Shown here piece by piece: positions 57,581 through 64,000 of a DNA stretch of 64,000 nt. A program made the translations under genes and the position numbers. This DNA is from the human T2T-CHM13v2.0 reference genome, Homo sapiens, in assembly GCF_009914755.1 (NCBI RefSeq), contig NC_060938.1; one strand, 5' to 3'. The notes under the pieces were generated by a model. That model saw only the letters and a program-made list of their open reading frames with translations. It did not search any database and was not told the origin of the DNA. Numbering within the stretch: the first letter of the stretch is position 1; each line of letters opens with the position of its first letter.

Positions 57581-60072
57581 ATTTATTTATTTATTTTTCC
57601 TGCTTTTTGTTTTTTGAATGTCCTTGATTTGTGGCTTAGTGTTTGCCGTTAATGTTTTAGATTTCTTGGTCATTATTACTTCAAATCTTATTCCTTCATT
57701 CTCTTTCTTTTCCTTCAAATAATATGCATATGATGCCTTTTAAAATTATACTGCAATTTATTTTTAGTTTGTTTTTGGTTTTTGTTTTATTACAATTTTT
57801 GAATGTTCTGTCTTTTTTTGTACTACCTTTCCCTTCGCATATATTTTGAGAATTCTCTCTAACAGCCTATTTTTAACCTCGCTGATTCTTTTCTGAGTTA
57901 TGTGGAGTCTACTAATGAGCAATAAAAGGCACCTCTTCTTTTTCCTGTTAAGTATTTTCCTATTTCTAGTATTTCCTTTTGATTATATGCAATTTTGATA
58001 GTCTCAGCTTTGGCTCACAGAAACATCAATTGTCTTTCTATGGGAGCAGAAACTTGAATGAGAGTCCCATTAAGTCAACAAGTAGATAATTTCAAATTTC
58101 TAGATTTTTGAAATTATGACATTTGACATTCAACCAGTTAAATTATTTTTCTGAATCTATTATTTGGTCCGTCTAAATATGTTCTCATACCTGACTTAGT
58201 AGAAAGTAGAATTTAATTTTGATTGCATATTTAGTGCTAAGACACGTGTAGAACGACAACATATGCTAAAGCCTAAATTTTATAGTCAGGAGTGGCCATT
58301 TGTATCAGGATCAAGCATATAATGAGAATTACTCACATTGAAGTGTAGGAAATCAGAGCACCCGTATCTTTGATTCATTCTCAAGACCAAGTCAACTGGA
58401 TCTAACATGAATATCAGGTGATGAAATAAAAGTGTGGCAAAATGTGAGCTAAAGACATTCTTATGGGCCGACATTGCTGTTATTCTGCTGTTAAAGCTAA
58501 GAACTCCTGCCTTGATGGATCATCTTTCTACAGATTAAAGTATAGTGTAAAGTCCATTTTTGTGTAGACTAAAGTACATTGTAAACAATAGTATCTGGTG
58601 ATTGGTAAAGAATAGGCAAAGCCTACTTCAAGCCTTTCTTGAAGAGTGCCAATCATAAAAACAATATAGATACATAAACCATGTGAGCAATTCTAAATAC
58701 TAATATCCCATGTTACAGTATGTAACATTTTAAACAAGTGCTGTACTTCAATATGATTCATTATACTCACCAAATGCTCTAGATAAATATATGTAAACAG
58801 TTTTGCCCATCATTCCTCCAAAATTCTCCTTTCAGCTCAGAGTGCACTGTTTAACAATCAAAGTTCCTCAAAGCATTGCCTTATGAAAAGGTTAGCATCA
58901 GCATGACGCATTGGGGAAACTGCAAAAGCAACTTTCAATTGCAGCATTTCATTTCAACACACCACAAACTATCGCTCTTTGCTAGGATTTTGAACTGAAG
59001 AAAAAAGAAATGTCCAAATACCAAACCTCTAAAATATTTTTGTTTCCTTTGAAATAAGAGGAAGAAAACACTTCCTTGCAACCACTTGAAACAATAATAA
59101 GGCAGGTGTAACCATTACAGGGTAAAATTCTTTGTAAAAACTGTCACTAGACACTCAGACTAGGTGTCCTCATGCAGTAACTTGAGAGATCATTGATGCC
59201 ATTTTTTTAAAGCAACAGCGAAACTTTGGGTCTGACAAACCCCATTCTTTTCTCAAAAATTCAACTGCGTAATAAGATGGCACTGCCTCTATACATCCAT
59301 TTAATTTCTGCCAAAGGTATCACAAGCAATTTGCTCTCTAATGAAAATCATGAAAGGACTGTGTCTCATTTTGCAGGCAATTTTTAGTAAAAACCACAAG
59401 GGACTGGCATACTGGCATCTTATTTTCAGCTGGTAGGATTAGTTTGTTGAAAAAAAATGTAGAATGCTGAGATTGGAGAGTGGACAGAACTAACAGAGCC
59501 CTGGAGAGGAAGCCATTGTGCTCAATTATTGTTTGTGGAATGAATGAGTGAATGAATGACCAAACTATGAAAATCCCCAAAAGGATGTTTGCTGCAATGT
59601 TTAAATTAAATCCTCAAGTTGATTTTTTTTTTAAAAATATAACCATGAGGGAGATACCAATGAAGTCACAGCTTGTAAGGTATAATTCTCATTTTATGGT
59701 GTCAAATGAGATGGCACCAATGGGAAAATCATTCTGTCATTTAATGAATATATATTAAGTCCATACTGGGTTCCAGGAAATGTACTAGGTTTGTGAGGCA
59801 CATTTAATAACACTACATATATTGCCCTTCCTTCAGAGAGCTGCAGTATAGTGGAAGAGGTAGGCATTCATCAAATAATCTCTTACAAATACCATTAGAA
59901 CTTGTGATTAGTACTTTGGAAGAACAGTATAGGGAACTGTGGGACTATGAGGGTAGGTGTGGGGTCTGTCATCTGATTGGGGAAGTGGGGAAGAATGCCA
60001 TCCTTGAATATATGTGCTGGAGCTAATATATGCAGTTTGAAAAGGCATTAACTATAGTAGGGAGTAGGAAGG

Positions 60073-60423
60073 CTCATTAGTCTGCTTTCATGGTGCTTAT
60101 AAAGACGTACCTGAAACTGCAAAGAAAAAGAGGTTTAATGGACTTACAGTTCCACATGGCTGGGGAGGACTTACAGTCATGGTGGAAGGCAAGAAGGAAC
60201 AAGTCGTGTCTTACATGGATGGCAGGAGGCAAAAAGAGAGCTTGTGCAGGGAAACTCCTGTTTTTAAACCATCAGGTCTCGTGAGATTCATTCACTATCA
60301 TGAGAACAGCACAGGAAAGACCTGCCACCATAATTCAATCACCTCCTACTGGGTTCCACTCATGACACGTGGGAGTTACAATTCAAGATGAGATTTGGGC
60401 GGGGACACAGCCAAACCATATTG
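60073..60423 (-). mobile_element. THE1 (THE1A-like) MaLR solo LTR
   Basis: GAGGTTTAATGGACTTACAGTTCCACATGGCTGGGGAGG...GGGGACACAGCCAAACCATAT; TSD GAAGG at 60068 and 60424. Confidence 0.9.
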
Positions 60424-61472
60424 GAAGGAAAACGAAGATTCCAAGTCCTGAAGTAGGAGTCATTTTGACTTAGAACAAGTACTTTGTTAAGCTGTGTATA
60501 GACTGAACATGTCAAATGGAACCAAGTACAGATGCCCAAGAGTGAGGCAGGCCCAGCATGCCCAGGCTCTGCCTCATTGTCTGAAACAGTGAGACAACCT
60601 CAGGCAGACCAGAGGCCAAATCACAGTCCTGCACCACACAAGGGAGCCACTGCTGAGATCTAAGCCAGGTACAACTGTGGCCTCCTACACGGAGGATTTT
60701 CAAAATTCCACTTTTAATCCTTACCCATCTTCAGAGCTCATGTGTGAACACATTGGTAACTCTTCCATTTTATTTTATTTTATTTTGATGTGAAGTCCTT
60801 CTTTTCTCATAGATTTGCTCCATTTTCTCTATTAGATATCCTGAGAATGGCTCAGTGAGATGTCCTCCCACTTGGTCTGATGGAACACACATCAAATATG
60901 CAAATCCATCCATGCAATTTCTCTATCTGAGCTTTTATAATTTTCTATGACTTGAGACAACTCCAGCTTCCTTGTTGGGCATTTGAACCCCTAACAATTT
61001 GGCCTCAGCCCGTCTCTTCAGTTTTATGTCTGCAACTTGCTCTATGCAATGTGTAATCACATAACAAAAAATTCCTTTGGTTTTCATAAAAACATAATTT
61101 CCTCCCCTCATTTGGTGTGTAAATTACATTCTTCCTGATTAAGTTAGCTTCCTTACTCGTCTTCCTTGTCCTTGTCTGCTTGATTTCATTTTACTTTTCA
61201 GACTTAGCTATCTTGTATCTCCTCCGGAAAACTTCCCCAGTGGCTAAGTAAGCAGATGTGGATTAGGGATTAGAAACATGGGATTTGGATTGAGGCAAAT
61301 ATGATAGTGAATCCTGGATCTTCCACTTACTATGAAAAAATATTTACCTCAGAGATCATTATAATTGATTTCAACTAGAGTAAGGACAATTGCACCTATA
61401 TTCTTCAGTGAGAACTCAAGGAGTAACACATTACAAAGCACTTAGCAAGGAACCTGGATATAAAGAATATTT

Positions 61473-61982
61473 AGGATTATAAATCATGCTGCTATAAAGA
61501 CACATGCACATGTATGTTTATTGCGGCACTATTCACAATAGCAAAGACTTGGAACCAACCCAAATGTCCAACAATGATAGACTGGATTAAGAAAATGTGG
61601 CACATATACACCATGGAATACTATGCAGCCATAAAAAATGATGAGTTCATGTCCTTTGTAGGGACATGAGTGAAGCTGGAAACCATCATTCTCAGCAAAC
61701 TATCGCAAGGACAAAAAACCAAACACCGCATGTTCTCACTCATAGGTGGAAATTGAACAATGAGAACACATGGACACAGGAAGGGGAACATCACACACCG
61801 GGGCCTGTTGTGGGGTGGGGGGAGTGGGGAGGGATAGCATTAGGAGATATACCTAATGCTAGATGACGAGTTAATGGGTGCAGCACACCAACATGGCACA
61901 TGTGTACATATGTAACAAACCTGCACGTTGTGCACATGCACCCTAAAACTTAAAGTATAATAATAATAAAATTAAAAAAAAT
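61473..61982 (+). mobile_element. 5'-truncated L1PA4-like 3' end inserted in a MIR
   Basis: GACGAGTTAATGGGTGCAGCACACCAACATGG, CTTAAAGTATAAT, short A tail. Confidence 0.9.
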
Positions 61983-63169
61983 TTCATAGTTAGTACTAAC
62001 AATTATTGCTATTGTTGTTCATCATTGTTGCTGTATAGATGACTATTCTATGGCTCTGATGGAACATTTATCATGACATTAAGCACAGTAGATTGACAAT
62101 ATATTTTTGCACCCCCATGTTTCACTTCAAACTACAAGATCCTAGGTCACACACCCTGACACATAACAGACTGAAATACAGACATAGATGACGTCTGTTC
62201 AGTCTTTGCTGTTCTCTGAACAGCGAATAAACTTTTTCTCCCCCAACTTGATATCCATACTCAGAAAAAGCTCATAACTTCCCAACTCATTAGCTGTGTA
62301 GGTGTTAGAATTTCTCCATTAGTGTCAAGGAAATAAAGCCAAATTGAAAGCAATTAGCCAATTGTATTTGGGTAGTTTTTTCCTTTTGGCTCATTTTAAA
62401 TACAGACAGACTAAATTACCTCTACAGCTTGTCTTTGAAGTGTTGTTGTTTTTTTTTTTCTTTTTTAAATGCACAGATTGTATTTAGGTTATAAATAGAA
62501 AAATTGCATCTTTTCAATTTTTAAAAATATGCTGAATTCAATAAAATTATAATGGGTATTTATGAATCCTGGAACAGATAATAAATGCTTTTAGGACAAA
62601 TTCTTTGGCTAGTATAACATATTAAAAAATAGCTTTTGGTACTAAAAACCTTAAGCCTTTTTTCAACCTTTCTACAAGTCTTCACTAAGCATTGATTCTG
62701 TGACATAAGAAACTTAAGAAAACTAAAAGTCATGTATTGACAAAGTATTAAGCCATAGAAGTCAAAAATGTAGACTCAGAGACTGAAATGAAAGCCTTTG
62801 ATATTTCCTTAGCAAAATTTTGTATATACACTAATGTGTAGCACTAGAAGACTATAAGTGCCAAATTATATATTCCATTTCCTTTGTTAGCTTTATCAGA
62901 GATATTTAATTCAGCCCATTTTGGGGTCGCATGTGGGAATGGTTGGTTGGGCTGTGTAGCTCTCTTCCTAGGGGTAGAGTACGTATCTCTCTTCCTCACC
63001 AATAAGTATCAACTGCACAATTATTTAGCCATCATTGCCCTTTATGAGAGGGAAAACCTTTTTAAATATTTTTCTGTCACTCATGATTTGAACTGTGGTT
63101 TTAATGGATTTTTATTCAGGTTGCTGATGGGTTTTCCAGTGCTATTATGACAGAAACGAGAAGAATGCA

Positions 63170-63171
<2 letters not shown>

Positions 63172-63211
<40 letters not shown>

Positions 63212-63214
63212 TGT
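63172..63214. repeat. (TG)n microsatellite
   Basis: Directly visible. Confidence 0.95.
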
Positions 63215-63731
63215 CAAGAAGCAAATGACTTTTAGCTGGAAAGAAGTGGAGTCTGAGGAAGATATCTAAAGGAAGAGCACATGAATATCAGGATTTTTCT
63301 AGCAGAAAGATGGTCTCAGAGAAAGGACGCTTTATAAAAGAACCTGGCAATAGAGAAAAAAAAAATCTGCTGCAAAAACCATTGTTTTACTGATGAACAG
63401 CTTTGTGGAATAAATCTTCTAAGACATTCACTGTCAATCTCTCATTTGTCAAAACACTGTGCCAACCTCCCCCACAGCCCCCTTAAGCCTGTCTCCTAGA
63501 CAATAGGCCAATGCCATGAGAATTTGCTCTGTGACCCAGTTTCTCTGAGTGAGGCTCATCTATAGTTTATTCTTGAGAAACTAACTGTAAGATCAAAACG
63601 ACCTCTGAGCACTTAGTGGGGTAGAAGAGAGGAGATTCTGTGTCAAATCTGACTGTGTATGACCCAGCACCTACAACTGAGACGGTGGGGAATGGACACT
63701 CCTGATGCATACTTGGTCAGTTACAAATCGT

Positions 63732-64000
63732 TGTATTAGTCTGTTCTCACATTGCCATAAATAAATACCTGAGACTAATCATTTATTAGAAAAAGACGTT
63801 TAACTGGCTCACGGTTATGCAGGCTGTCCAGGAAGCATAGCAGCTTCTGCTTTTGGGGAGGCCTCAGGAAATTTGTAATCAAGGCAGATGGAAAAAGGGA
63901 AGCCAGCACTTCACATGGCTGGAGCAGCAGGAATAGAGAGAGGAAGAAGGTGCTATACACTTTTAAACAACCAGATCTTGTGAGAACTCACTATCACAAG
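63732..64000 (-). mobile_element. MSTA/B-like MaLR LTR, runs off the window
   Basis: TGTATTAGTCTGTTCTCAC...GGCTCACGGTTATGCAGGCTG..CAGGAAGCAT...GGGGAGGCCTCAGGAA. Confidence 0.85.

Overview
AT-rich primate DNA, almost certainly human (it carries L1HS-Ta), made mostly of interspersed repeats. I see no recognisable host protein-coding gene, RNA gene or CRISPR array. Repeat subfamily names come from recalled consensus sequences, not a database search. The main element is a young minus-strand L1HS Ta-0 (25245-30960) with a 15-bp TSD, a pure poly(A) tail, intact ORF1 (338 aa) and intact ORF2 (1275 aa). It has lost about 320 nt of its 5' UTR, which holds the core sense promoter. The antisense promoter remains, and the truncation fuses the first 45 codons of ORF0 in frame to 85 codons of flanking DNA (130-aa chimeric ORF, 30828-31220). 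Other elements: the 3' end of an L1PA2-type element with a possible 17-nt 3' transduction; a full-length dead L1PA7; a twin-primed L1 fragment; and a nested cluster at about 40-58 kb. That cluster holds a two-LTR HERV-L/MLT2A1 provirus, an ERV1 solo LTR with duplicated NF-kB/AP-1/CCAAT motifs, LTR8 and several Alus, one of them tailless with a TSD. THE1 and MST LTRs lie near the end. I cannot demonstrate a wholly new biological system. The best candidates are the promoterless but coding-intact L1, its ORF0 fusion, and possible capture of an upstream LTR promoter.
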